IMG/VR virus record: IMGVR_UViG_3300028887_000002
Span: 276,278 to 339,287 of that record
DNA length: 63,010 nucleotides
Strand: one strand, 5' to 3'
Origin: a virus
Taxonomy: Duplodnaviria; Heunggongvirae; Uroviricota; Caudoviricetes
In this document: one piece after another, positions 9,129-18,464 of the stretch
Layout: every line of letters begins with the position of its first letter
Numbering within the stretch: position 1 is the stretch's first letter
The notes under the pieces: model-generated
The model's input: only the letters and a program-made list of their open reading frames with translations
Database searches by the model: none
What the model was told of the DNA's origin: nothing
Made by a program: the position numbers and the translations under genes

Positions 9129-9530
9129 ATGAATATGATTACAGAAGATTACGTAAATAAAGAAATAGCCTTATTACTTCGTGAGAAGGGATTTGATGAA
9201 CCTACTTTATATCATTATAATGGAGATAATAAAGAACCTAATCATACGATTGACTATGATTTGATAAAAAATTCAGAGGCAAAAGAGTTTTGTTCTGCTC
9301 CAACTCTCCAAATGGTATTGAAGTGGCTCCGAGAAGTGCATAAAATTGAGATTTGGGTTCACTATGATATAGACAAAATCACTTGGTGGGGAGAATGTAA
9401 TCCAATGTATGAAGAAGATGAAGAAAACTCTAACACGTTTCAAAGTCTTCTTAACTTTGATTATCCCAGCAAAACCTACGAAGAAGCCTGTGAAGCGGCA
9501 ATTAAACATTGTCTTGAACATTTAATTTAA
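9129..9530 (+). CDS. Paralog family A protein
   Basis: ITEDYV...APTLQMVLKWLREVH...CEAAIK..LE.LI. Confidence 0.8.
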   Translation: MNMITEDYVNKEIALLLREKGFDEPTLYHYNGDNKEPNHTIDYDLIKNSEAKEFCSAPTLQMVLKWLREVHKIEIWVHYDIDKITWWGECNPMYEEDEENSNTFQSLLNFDYPSKTYEEACEAAIKHCLEHLI

Positions 9531-9582
9531 TTATGCCACCAACAAAGTATTTATTGGCTCATTACGCAGAAAACAAAAATAA

Positions 9583-9798
9583 TTGAATACGATGAAGCAT
9601 CTTAAAGTAACCACTACAGCATCGGCACAAGTTACGCTCGATGGTCTCGATATTGACAAAGTAATTAAACAGGCAGCTGACCTTGCACACGAGGTTCTTG
9701 AGGAATTGTCGATATACCGACAGGAACATGATTTGGATCCTCTTACGTTTTCATGTGAAGGAAGTTGCTGTGAATTTTTAGATTTAATTGATGATTGA
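9583..9798 (+). CDS. Small acidic hypothetical protein
   Basis: 71-aa ORF. Confidence 0.6.
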   Translation: MNTMKHLKVTTTASAQVTLDGLDIDKVIKQAADLAHEVLEELSIYRQEHDLDPLTFSCEGSCCEFLDLIDD

Positions 9799-9874
9799 TT
9801 ATAACAAGACAAGAAGAAATAGTACAAGCAGTAATTAAAAATATTCTTGAAAATTTAATTTAACTATAAAATAT

Positions 9875-10159
9875 ATGGACTGTAAGTTTTTTCATTGTGA
9901 CCAAAGAGAAGGTGAATGGTGTGAGAAATACTCCGTTCTAAGATGCCATAATAGAGGTAGTTGTGAGTATGAAGATGAAGGTAAACGAAAGGACACTATA
10001 TTAATAACAGAAGACAAGAAAATTGAAGATATTTGTGACTATATCTTCAAATATGAACATTATAATACATTCTATCAATATGCTGTCGCTTGCGCAAAGG
10101 CAGTTGCTGATTGGAAGAATAGAGAAATAGCACAATTAAAAAGTAGAATAAATGACTAA
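9875..10159 (+). CDS. Hypothetical Cys-rich protein
   Basis: 94-aa ORF. Confidence 0.7.
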   Translation: MDCKFFHCDQREGEWCEKYSVLRCHNRGSCEYEDEGKRKDTILITEDKKIEDICDYIFKYEHYNTFYQYAVACAKAVADWKNREIAQLKSRIND

Positions 10160-10334
10160 GATAGAAGACATAAAGCCAGGCCAAAAGGTTTTATATAAAG
10201 GAATTGAATGTGTAGTCATGAGAATAGACTTACCTAATCAATCATTTCCTTTTATACCTTCTAAACATACTATAACCTTATATTATGACCCTGGAATTAC
10301 AACTTCTTCAATAGAAGATATTTTTCTAATATAA
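10152..10334 (+). CDS. Small hypothetical protein
   Basis: 60-aa ORF overlapping previous stop. Confidence 0.65.
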   Translation: MTKIEDIKPGQKVLYKGIECVVMRIDLPNQSFPFIPSKHTITLYYDPGITTSSIEDIFLI

Positions 10335-10373
10335 AATTATAAATATGATTAAGATAGCAATGGAGGAATAAAT

Positions 10374-10805
10374 ATGATTACAGAAGATTACGTTAGCTAC
10401 GATATAGCAAAACTCTTGAGAGATAAAGGTTTTGATGAACAAACTGTAAGATGCTATAATTTAAGGAAAGAATTATGCATATGTCAGTGCAGAGGCAATG
10501 AAACTATTAACTCTACACCAAATTATCTTATTGCTGCACCAACATTCCAAATGGCACTGAAGTGGCTGAGAGAAGTGCATAAGATATTCATAAATGTTTC
10601 CAATGAAGTATCGTTAACTGATGACATAACATACCAATTCTTTGTATGTACAAAAGAAAAGTCAATACTTCACAGAGGTGAAGATATAAAGACATTTGAA
10701 GATGCATGTAACGAAGCGATGAAGTTTGCGCTTGAAAATTTAATAGTACGGGCAAGAAGTCCCCTTCCTTCAGGTGGGGGTAGTTCATTAAAGACGAATT
10801 TATAG
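10374..10805 (+). CDS. Paralog family A protein carrying an in-frame 45-bp IS relic near its C-terminus
   Basis: Family motifs; tail VRARSPLPSGGGSSL derives from the insert. Confidence 0.8.
   Translation: MITEDYVSYDIAKLLRDKGFDEQTVRCYNLRKELCICQCRGNETINSTPNYLIAAPTFQMALKWLREVHKIFINVSNEVSLTDDITYQFFVCTKEKSILHRGEDIKTFEDACNEAMKFALENLIVRARSPLPSGGGSSLKTNL
10744..10788 (+). mobile_element. 45-bp IS200/IS605-derived single-hairpin element (PATE-like), copy 1
   Basis: TAGTACGGGCAAGAAGTCCCCTTCCTTCAGGTGGGGGTAGTTCAT after TTTAA. Confidence 0.75.
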
Positions 10806-10841
10806 AATCATTTAAACAAGCAATGATGGAGGAATAGAATT

Positions 10842-11210
10842 ATGATTGGATATACAACAATAGAACAAAGCAAGAAACTCGTTGAACTCGGCATTGATGC
10901 TGATAGTGCGGATATGTCATATATATTAACAACAAACAAATATGATGAGCATATATGGCAACCAATGTTAGACCAACCTTCGATACGATTTGGTGAAATA
11001 CCGTGCTGGTCAACGGAAGCACTATTGAAGTTGTTGCCAAGGGAAATTAATGATTATTCGTTGAAGGATATACAACCTACCATAACTGGAAAATATAAGA
11101 TATCCTATTCGTATCGGGGGATGTATGATGAGTTCACAATTGTTCGTGATACCCTGTGCGAATGTACATACGAAACAATTTTAAAACTTAAAGAATTGAA
11201 ACTGATATGA
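10842..11210 (+). CDS. Hypothetical protein, distantly related to family A
   Basis: TTIEQSKKLVELGID...PCWS...LL.LLP. Confidence 0.8.
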   Translation: MIGYTTIEQSKKLVELGIDADSADMSYILTTNKYDEHIWQPMLDQPSIRFGEIPCWSTEALLKLLPREINDYSLKDIQPTITGKYKISYSYRGMYDEFTIVRDTLCECTYETILKLKELKLI

Positions 11211-11626
11211 AAGCGACAGATTTAATGATTGGTGATTGGGTGTTTAACACGCATCATAATAAAAATATACAAATAACACCATACGACTTTTTCACACATG
11301 GACATTATGAAGATGGTACGCAATACATTACGGAATCACACAAAATAGTATCAGGCAATGATTTTGTACCAATACCACTAACGACAGAAATATTGGAGAA
11401 GAATGAATTCAAAGAAGATTTTGAAACAAACGGAATTTATTGGAGACCTGATTGTAGAAAATTTTGTATTGTTAAAGAATTAGATACTTGGTATTTTGCT
11501 TTTAGAGTTCTTGGTGAGAGAGTTGATAAAAGTTCTGGATATATTTGTATTTCAGAATGCAATTATGTCCATAAACTACAACACATAATGAGACTATGTG
11601 AAATTAATAAGGAGATTATATTATGA
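11207..11626 (+). CDS. Hypothetical Bacteroidota-phage protein (DLMIGDWV...PIPLT.EILEKN)
   Basis: ATGA overlap; common phage family motif. Confidence 0.8.
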   Translation: MKATDLMIGDWVFNTHHNKNIQITPYDFFTHGHYEDGTQYITESHKIVSGNDFVPIPLTTEILEKNEFKEDFETNGIYWRPDCRKFCIVKELDTWYFAFRVLGERVDKSSGYICISECNYVHKLQHIMRLCEINKEIIL

Positions 11627-12030
11627 CGAGAAAAAGAAACAAAAATAAATTGAATATGGAATACGATAAATACATGGACAAGGAATGCATTGCCTTGTGT
11701 GACAAGTTGAACTCCCTTTCAAACGTCAGGACAACCGAGAGTTGCTGTGGACACTGCAAATCGCCATATATGATATTCTTCCAATGCAACGATTTTGTCA
11801 GATTGGGGAGACTATATAGGTGCGTGAACAGAAACTACTCGGACGGCAAGTGGCGCATTGAATGCTGTTGCAGTGATATAATACCATCTTATGGTTTCTT
11901 ATTAACAACCCACGAGCCATTCGCTTCCGTTGAAGAAATGACGGAAAGCGTGGAAGCACTAATTGAAAATATTGACTACTGGGAAGACACAAGATTTGAT
12001 GAACATTTTAATTGTAAAAGTTTAATTTGA
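11623..12030 (+). CDS. Hypothetical protein (T.ESCCGH motif)
   Basis: 135-aa ORF, ATGA overlap. Confidence 0.8.
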   Translation: MTRKRNKNKLNMEYDKYMDKECIALCDKLNSLSNVRTTESCCGHCKSPYMIFFQCNDFVRLGRLYRCVNRNYSDGKWRIECCCSDIIPSYGFLLTTHEPFASVEEMTESVEALIENIDYWEDTRFDEHFNCKSLI

Positions 12031-12036
12031 AAATAT

Positions 12037-12426
12037 ATGGATTTTGTGACTTTTGAAATAGCAACGCTTTTACGGGAGAAAGACTATCCGCAAGCCAGTC
12101 GGGAAACCAATTATATTGGACGAAAATATAGTCCTGACGGAGAATTAACTTCTGCGCCGTATGCCAATGGATATGCTTGCCCGACACTTAGCGAAACATT
12201 GAGATGGTTGAGAGAAACCCATAATATTGACATCACTATTACAGTTGGTCTTGTGACGATAGACGGAACCAAAGTGAAAAAATATTTTTGGACACCAGTG
12301 TTATTCAGGGCAGGACTTTTGACATATCCTATGAACTTTCCAGATGGTTCTGGCGAAGAAATGGCTAACACCTTTGAGGAAGCATGTGAAAATTCCATAA
12401 TGTATTGTTTAATCAAATTGTTATAG
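12037..12426 (+). CDS. Paralog family A protein
   Basis: FVTFEIATLLREK...PTL.E.LRWLRE.H. Confidence 0.8.
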   Translation: MDFVTFEIATLLREKDYPQASRETNYIGRKYSPDGELTSAPYANGYACPTLSETLRWLRETHNIDITITVGLVTIDGTKVKKYFWTPVLFRAGLLTYPMNFPDGSGEEMANTFEEACENSIMYCLIKLL

Positions 12427-12608
12427 CAATATGCAACCAACATCAATTAGAGAACTATTAACCGACTGGGTGAAACTGTGTGAGAAATCTTGGGTTGAAA
12501 AGAAACGCGAAGATTTTCGCATAGTTAACAACCACACCAACAATCTTGAAACTGAATTAGGTGATATTAATGATTATAAGATATTAACCAAATTAATGTA
12601 AAAAAAAT

Positions 12609-14390
12609 ATGCAAAAGATAACAAAGAAAACGGAACTGGCGACAACATTGAGGCTTATTGCCAAATATTGTGAGAATTCGGGGTGCGAAATACTTTCATG
12701 GTACAATTCGGGTTATGAATTGGCTAATGAAATAAACCAATGCACCACAACAAATTACATTAACCAATTACCTTCACCAAAAATCACAAACAATAAAATT
12801 AATTACTTAAAAGAACATAAGTCTGAAATAAAACGAATTATCAAGATTGCATCAGAATGGATGAATCTTGATAATTTTGAAACTATAATCCTATCAATTC
12901 TCTATAGCACGAAAACAACATATTCTACTGATGAATATATAACTTTTTTTAACATCACCAGGTTGGATGCTATTGATATGTACAACATTAATAACAACTT
13001 AGTATATAAAGGGTATTTTTATGTGAGTTCAATCAATACTTGGGGGTTGCTACCAAAAATAAGAAACTTAATAAATGGAAATTCAAAAGAAATAACGCCA
13101 GTGCCATTTTCAAGAAGCCGTATGATAGCAATACTTGGGCAATTAGTTAATAATTACGAAAGGGATGAGAAATCAACGCGCGATGCCATTTATCAAAATG
13201 AAAATTTATTACCAAATGATGAGTTTATAAAGTTTCTTAAAGATAAGTTAACTACATATGAACGGTTACTTATATATTCTTTGTTATACAATACAGAAAC
13301 TAGAGATGAATATAAGTGGAACTTGTCTTTGGCATTAAAATGTGTCTATAGTGATAGTTCACCAATAGAAATTAGCTCACGAATAGGAAGATATATTGAT
13401 GGTTCCGAAGGTGTAGTTAGGCAAGGTTTTGTTGAAATAATCCCCAACGAAGACAATGAATTTGAACCAATGATATGCATAACTGACAAATGTGCTGAAT
13501 TATATTTTGGGGATTTATATGATGGGTACAAGAAAAGATTAGAAAAGGTTAATGCTTACCTCAATAAGTCAACTATCACTATCAAGAGCGACACCATCAA
13601 GGAAAAGGTGCTCTACTACAATGATGAGAACAAATCCGATATTGACTTCCTATATAAGTCGATGGACGACAACAACCTTACCCAACTGAAACAACGGCTT
13701 GAGAAGCATAATCTACCCAATGGCATATGTGCTATACTATATGGTGCACCAGGAACTGGAAAGACTGAAACTGTAATGCAGATTGCAAGGGAATGCAAGC
13801 GAGACATATATCACGTTGATATAGCCGAAAGCAAGTCAATGTGGTTCGGCGAGAGCGAGAAGAAGATAAAGAAGATTTTCACAACCTACCAGTCGCTCTG
13901 CCAGAAGGCAAGGAATTTAGGTAATAACCTCCCGATACTTCTGTTCAACGAAGCTGATTCGATATTCAGCAAACGAAAGGATGTCATGGTCGGAAGTGTT
14001 GTACAGACCGAAAACACTATGCAGAACATCCTGCTGGAGGAAATGGAGAAACTTGACGGCATCCTCATAGCAACTACAAACCTTATTGACAACTTAGACC
14101 CAGCCTTCGAGAGACGCTTCCTCTTCAAGGTTAAACTTGACAAGCCGTCTGTTGAAAACAAAATGAAGATATGGGCTAACAAGGTTGAAGGACTTGAAGA
14201 ACCCCAATACCGCAAACTTGCCGAACAGTTTGACTTCTCTGGCGGTGAGATTGAGAATGTTGCGAGAAAGATAATAATGCAGGATGTCCTCTACGGAAAA
14301 CTCCCAGAGTTCGACAGGATACTGGAATTCTGCAAGGCTGAAAAACTATCATCAGCAAAGAACGCAGTTATAGGGTTTAAAAATAATTAG
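12609..14390 (+). CDS. AAA+ ATPase
   Basis: Walker A GAPGTGKT, Walker B variant LLFNEAD, sensor/SRH ATTN..LDPAFERRF. Confidence 0.9.
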   Translation: MQKITKKTELATTLRLIAKYCENSGCEILSWYNSGYELANEINQCTTTNYINQLPSPKITNNKINYLKEHKSEIKRIIKIASEWMNLDNFETIILSILYSTKTTYSTDEYITFFNITRLDAIDMYNINNNLVYKGYFYVSSINTWGLLPKIRNLINGNSKEITPVPFSRSRMIAILGQLVNNYERDEKSTRDAIYQNENLLPNDEFIKFLKDKLTTYERLLIYSLLYNTETRDEYKWNLSLALKCVYSDSSPIEISSRIGRYIDGSEGVVRQGFVEIIPNEDNEFEPMICITDKCAELYFGDLYDGYKKRLEKVNAYLNKSTITIKSDTIKEKVLYYNDENKSDIDFLYKSMDDNNLTQLKQRLEKHNLPNGICAILYGAPGTGKTETVMQIARECKRDIYHVDIAESKSMWFGESEKKIKKIFTTYQSLCQKARNLGNNLPILLFNEADSIFSKRKDVMVGSVVQTENTMQNILLEEMEKLDGILIATTNLIDNLDPAFERRFLFKVKLDKPSVENKMKIWANKVEGLEEPQYRKLAEQFDFSGGEIENVARKIIMQDVLYGKLPEFDRILEFCKAEKLSSAKNAVIGFKNN

Positions 14391-14409
14391 AAGACGAACT
14401 TCTAGCAAC

Positions 14410-14442
14410 AAAAAAAGCGCCCCAACAAAGGACGCTTTTTTT
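14410..14442. terminator. Bidirectional intrinsic terminator between convergent genes
   Basis: A7-GCG...CGC-T7. Confidence 0.75.
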
Positions 14443-14458
14443 ATGTGTAGGCGAGAAG

Positions 14459-15487
14459 TTATTCGGCCGTTGACAGGTCAATTCCGAGATATGGTACCAA
14501 TGCTTTATATTGGTTGAGCAATTCCTCATTCACCCATCTCTTTCTGTCCTTTGTGTTTCCTCTTTCGATAGTGTAAGACATCCATAAGGTCTTGTTACGA
14601 TGCAACGTGTGTGCTGACGGGTAGTCGGCGTTTAACTGTGCAAGAGCCTTCTTATATGCAAGTTCATCTTCCTCCAAGTCTTCAACCTTGTCCTCAACCT
14701 TCTTACCGAAACTATCTTTCAAAACCTTGAAGAGTTGATTGTTCATCACCTCAACATCACCTGTGGCCTTATCAACCAAGAAGTACAATTTCTTTACCAG
14801 TACTGGCGGTCTCTGACGGAATACGACATCCCCTTCTTCACTCTTGAAAATATCGCGTTCATCTTCTTCACCACGTTGATTAAATTTGCTTGTATCGGCA
14901 ACATGCGCGTTCTTTATCGGCATTATGCCAGCACCTCCATAGACATAACGTTTTTCACCAGCATTCTTGCCAGTCTTATAGAGACTGAACTTTCCTCGCC
15001 AAGTATCTTCTGCACCCTCAGCACCGAAACCATGTTCCTTGCGAAGTCTCTTCAACGCATCAGACTTTGTGGCTTCCAGTTCTGCGACACCCTGTGCGTT
15101 AAGCCAGTTCAATTGGAACACGCTATAGGAAACAATTGCGATGTCTGAATTGAAGTTGAACTTCATTGTCTTGGTCTTGCCATTCTGAAGGTAATCTTCC
15201 ATATCCCCACGGACATTTCCCAAATATTTCCTTTGCAACGGATATTCGTCACTATCGGTATAAGAGTTCACAAACTTTGCATAGTTGTCAGCATTGACAT
15301 AGCGCAAGCCTGTTGATATTTCCTCCGAGTTGATATATCCCATCGTGACAAAACGACCTCTCGGAATGGTTCCAAGATAGTCAATTAGGTTGTCACCCGT
15401 AATGTTCCTGTTCTGAAGTGCCTCTTCCAGTACACTTTTTACAATATCACTTATCTGCGATTCATCAAAATTATTTATCATGTTCAA
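14459..15487 (-). CDS. Hypothetical protein, possibly virion-associated
   Basis: 342 aa; N-terminal FDESQISDIVKSVLEE motif; CTATTTAT upstream. Confidence 0.8.
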   Translation of the reverse strand: MNMINNFDESQISDIVKSVLEEALQNRNITGDNLIDYLGTIPRGRFVTMGYINSEEISTGLRYVNADNYAKFVNSYTDSDEYPLQRKYLGNVRGDMEDYLQNGKTKTMKFNFNSDIAIVSYSVFQLNWLNAQGVAELEATKSDALKRLRKEHGFGAEGAEDTWRGKFSLYKTGKNAGEKRYVYGGAGIMPIKNAHVADTSKFNQRGEEDERDIFKSEEGDVVFRQRPPVLVKKLYFLVDKATGDVEVMNNQLFKVLKDSFGKKVEDKVEDLEEDELAYKKALAQLNADYPSAHTLHRNKTLWMSYTIERGNTKDRKRWVNEELLNQYKALVPYLGIDLSTAE

Positions 15488-15516
15488 ATCAATTTATATT
15501 ATTAATAAATAGTCGG

Positions 15517-15876
15517 TTATTTTTCCTTTTTCAGACTTTCCAAATATTCTGCAACAGTTTCAATGCCAAACTCTTTCCGTTCCTCGTCGGTCAGTTCACG
15601 TTCCTCGCCACAATGAATGCAACGCATCCTGCTCATGCACTTGGGACTGCAACTTGTTAGTTTCCAGACGTGGTCTTCGCACTGGCATTCGCACTTCTCA
15701 ACCTCAAAGTCGAATATGACGCTCGGTGTGATATTCAACACCTTTTCACAATGAGGACATTCATATTGGAACATCTTTTCGTTAACACAATCCTCGATTG
15801 AAACATATTCGAGTTCATCCCAACTCAAATCCAACTCTTTCCCACAATAGGGACATTTGTAATCGTCGTACAACAT
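15517..15876 (-). CDS. Multi-zinc-ribbon hypothetical protein
   Basis: CPYC, CPHC, CxC, CxxC, CIHC. Confidence 0.8.
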   Translation of the reverse strand: MLYDDYKCPYCGKELDLSWDELEYVSIEDCVNEKMFQYECPHCEKVLNITPSVIFDFEVEKCECQCEDHVWKLTSCSPKCMSRMRCIHCGEERELTDEERKEFGIETVAEYLESLKKEK

Positions 15877-15889
15877 AATCCTATATCAT

Positions 15890-16594
15890 TTATAAATTCT
15901 CGTATTCGTCTTTTCTTTTCTTCAGTTCGTCATACTTCTCGTCAATCAACTTTATTATGACCGCAGGGTTGCTCTGGAATTTAACCCCCGCCAGCCAGTT
16001 CCTCAAATCTTCATCCTTTTGGTAGGCGACAACCTCACATGCTTCAACAACTTCTTCAAATGTACAACGTGTTGTTCCTTCAAGTGTAAACTCCGTTGCA
16101 ACACTAATTGCAAGGTCGGCATTAGAGCCTTCATTCTCGTCAATATAAGCATATCTTGTCCCAAGAACTGCATTGTGCGGTTCGTGTGGAAATGGTACAG
16201 ATTCTTCAACAATAGGTTCAACAACTTCGCTAATCCAATTCTCAGAAGTTAAAGGTGAACCTATTGGCCAGCCCATCCGCAGATGTTTCTTCTTCCACCT
16301 GACAACTCTGCGCCACGTTTCATCAACAGCGTCAATCCAGGATGCGTTCATATCCATATTCTCCTTTCTGAAGAACCAGTTTTCATCATCCTCACCAATT
16401 GATGTAATTTGAAATCTGTTATATTCTTTTGTTTCTTCATCATAACAATTGTATATAACAAATCCCATTATTTCACCAAGTTCGTAATGTCTCCATAGAT
16501 TTTTGTTAACGTTGTCAATCACGGTGAGGGACATAGGGCATGGATTATTCTGCCAGTATTTGCTTAAATCCTTTTCAATATCATTCTTTATCAT
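15890..16594 (-). CDS. Hypothetical protein
   Basis: 234-aa ORF. Confidence 0.8.
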   Translation of the reverse strand: MIKNDIEKDLSKYWQNNPCPMSLTVIDNVNKNLWRHYELGEIMGFVIYNCYDEETKEYNRFQITSIGEDDENWFFRKENMDMNASWIDAVDETWRRVVRWKKKHLRMGWPIGSPLTSENWISEVVEPIVEESVPFPHEPHNAVLGTRYAYIDENEGSNADLAISVATEFTLEGTTRCTFEEVVEACEVVAYQKDEDLRNWLAGVKFQSNPAVIIKLIDEKYDELKKRKDEYENL

Positions 16595-16677
16595 AGTTAT
16601 AATTTTTAGTTTTCAAGTTCACCAATCTTAAACGACTGCTTGCCATTATGTGGAAGATATGAACGATAGTTCTTCAT

Positions 16678-18236
16678 AAAAATACTGACGCGGAAACCCA
16701 CGTGTTTCAACAGTGGGGGGGGGGAAGCGTCTCTCAATTTATTAAGTTAATAATATTGTTAATTCTCTCTGTCATTGACGTCTGTCTTGTTTGACCTCGC
16801 AAATATACAACGTCTTTTTGAATTGACAAAATATTTTTTAAAAAATTTTAATAAATATTGAGAAATTTTTCAAATTCCCTTATATTTATATATAGTAAAA
16901 AATTACAGAACTATGTACCTGACGACGACCGTATTGCAGACCCCAAAGAACCACGAGGTTGACCTCGCGGTGCTAAAGGCTCTGTGCTACCAGTCGGCAA
17001 GACTGTACAATGCAAGCCTGTACAACATCCGCCAGCACTACTTCGCCACGACCCGCTACCTGTCGTACAACGACAACTGGCGCATGACGAAGGACAATCT
17101 GAACTATAGACTGCTGATATCCGACTCGGCACAGCAGATAATGCGTATGGCCGACAGGGACATGCAGTCGTTCTTCAAACTCCTCTACCTCAAGTCGCAG
17201 GGGAAGTACTCCGCAAGGGTTAATCTCCCCCGCTACAAGAAGGGTGATGACTGTTCGACCTACGTCGTGTGCGGACGTTCAGCCCGCATCCAGAAAGACG
17301 GCACTGTTAACATAGGCGTGACAAAGGAGTTCCGCGAGAAGTACGGCTACGACAGCAGGTACATCAAGTTCACAATCCCCCGCAACCTCCGTGACGTGAA
17401 GGAGTTCAAGGAGGTTCGCATCAACCCCCAGTACAATGCGACCCAGTTCTGCGTCCAGTTCATCTACGAGTCCGCACAGGCGCCACAGCAGGCATCTGGT
17501 GACGGCTGGATGTCGATTGACCTCGGACTGGACAACCTAATGGCTTGTACGGCCTTTTCTAATGGCGGCTCCCGACAGTTCCTAATTGACGGGAGGAGAC
17601 TAAAACACATTAACCGCTATTACAACAAGGAAATCGCACACCTCAAGGCTGCCCGACCCGACAAGTTCGACCTGTCCAAAAGGATGATAAGGCTTATGAA
17701 CGGACGGAAAAACAGGATTTCGCAGTACTTCGACCGCACGGTGAAGTACGTTGTGGGCGAATGCCTCGCCCTCGGCGTGACCCGTGTTGTCGTGGGGCAT
17801 AACGAGGGGTGGAAGCAGGAGGTCAACCTCAAGGACTTCAACAACCAGAACTTCACGTTTATCCCGCACTACCTGCTGTTGAGGAAACTGCGCTCGAAGT
17901 GCGAGTTCCACGGCATCAAGTTCCTTACGGTCGAGGAGAGTTACACCTCGAAGGCCAGTTGCCTGGATATGGACGACATACCAACTTATACACCGAACGA
18001 CCATGTGAAGTACAAGTTCTCTGGCCGTAGGAAGTATAGGGGACTGTATAAATCAAAGGAGGGCCTGTTGATTAACGCCGACATCAACGGGGCGGTCAAT
18101 ATCCTGCGGAAGTATTTTGTTAATGGCAAGCTGGACTGGATATTCCAGGACAGTGTGAGAGCGCTCGTCAACGCGCCGTGTCCGAGGGTTCATCCCTTCG
18201 GCTCAAGCCCACGCACTTCAGTCGTGGGTGGTTGAC
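16678..18236 (+). mobile_element. Non-autonomous IS200/IS605-family element (tnpB only, IS1341-like)
   Basis: Left-end hairpin GACGC-GGAAA-CCCACG...GTGGG...GGAA-GCGTC; right end AAGCCCACGCACTTCAGTCGTGGGTGGTTGAC; left ~160 bp repeated at 61683-61842. Confidence 0.85.
16913..18235 (+). CDS. tnpB: TnpB RNA-guided endonuclease
   Basis: N-terminal HTH (RLYNASLY), SIDLGLDN, EESYTSK, NADINGAVNI; RuvC-II appears as VVVGHN (no canonical E at that position); GC-rich. Confidence 0.9.
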   Translation: MYLTTTVLQTPKNHEVDLAVLKALCYQSARLYNASLYNIRQHYFATTRYLSYNDNWRMTKDNLNYRLLISDSAQQIMRMADRDMQSFFKLLYLKSQGKYSARVNLPRYKKGDDCSTYVVCGRSARIQKDGTVNIGVTKEFREKYGYDSRYIKFTIPRNLRDVKEFKEVRINPQYNATQFCVQFIYESAQAPQQASGDGWMSIDLGLDNLMACTAFSNGGSRQFLIDGRRLKHINRYYNKEIAHLKAARPDKFDLSKRMIRLMNGRKNRISQYFDRTVKYVVGECLALGVTRVVVGHNEGWKQEVNLKDFNNQNFTFIPHYLLLRKLRSKCEFHGIKFLTVEESYTSKASCLDMDDIPTYTPNDHVKYKFSGRRKYRGLYKSKEGLLINADINGAVNILRKYFVNGKLDWIFQDSVRALVNAPCPRVHPFGSSPRTSVVGG

Positions 18237-18373
18237 CCAGGGATTAGCACATTGTCATAGTACTGATTTCTCGTTACAATGTGATTCACATCAAAACTCT
18301 TGCTTACTGCGTTAGTATACGCAACATCCTCAAGTAATTGGTTGAAATCAACCTTTAATGTAATCTGTCCCAT
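18218..18373 (-). CDS. Small ORF MGQITLKVDF...NVLIPG whose 3' end abuts the IS right end
   Basis: 51 codons directly downstream of cassette promoter 18432-18446; last 5 codons are IS-derived. Confidence 0.5.
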   Translation of the reverse strand: MGQITLKVDFNQLLEDVAYTNAVSKSFDVNHIVTRNQYYDNVLIPGSTTHD

Positions 18374-18414
18374 TTTTTACTTCCTTTCTTTTTTTAGTTA
18401 AAAATTCTTTTACC

Positions 18415-18456
18415 CATTTATAAGCCCCATTAAGTTGATACGTTCAGAATGGGGTG
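18415..18456 (-). promoter_or_regulatory. Divergent copy of the phage promoter/stem-loop cassette
   Basis: Core AAGTTGATACGTTCA at 18432-18446 inside a CCCCATT/AATGGGG stem. Confidence 0.65.
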
Positions 18457-18464
18457 ATGTCTTT

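Noticed and set aside
17600-18171. Several ORFs overlapping tnpB 16913-18235
   Set aside because: Shadow frames of a GC-rich gene
16606-18373. Claim that the IS splits one defined 71-aa gene
   Set aside because: The junction is ambiguous within CATAAAAATAC; alternative empty sites give different frames, including a natural stop
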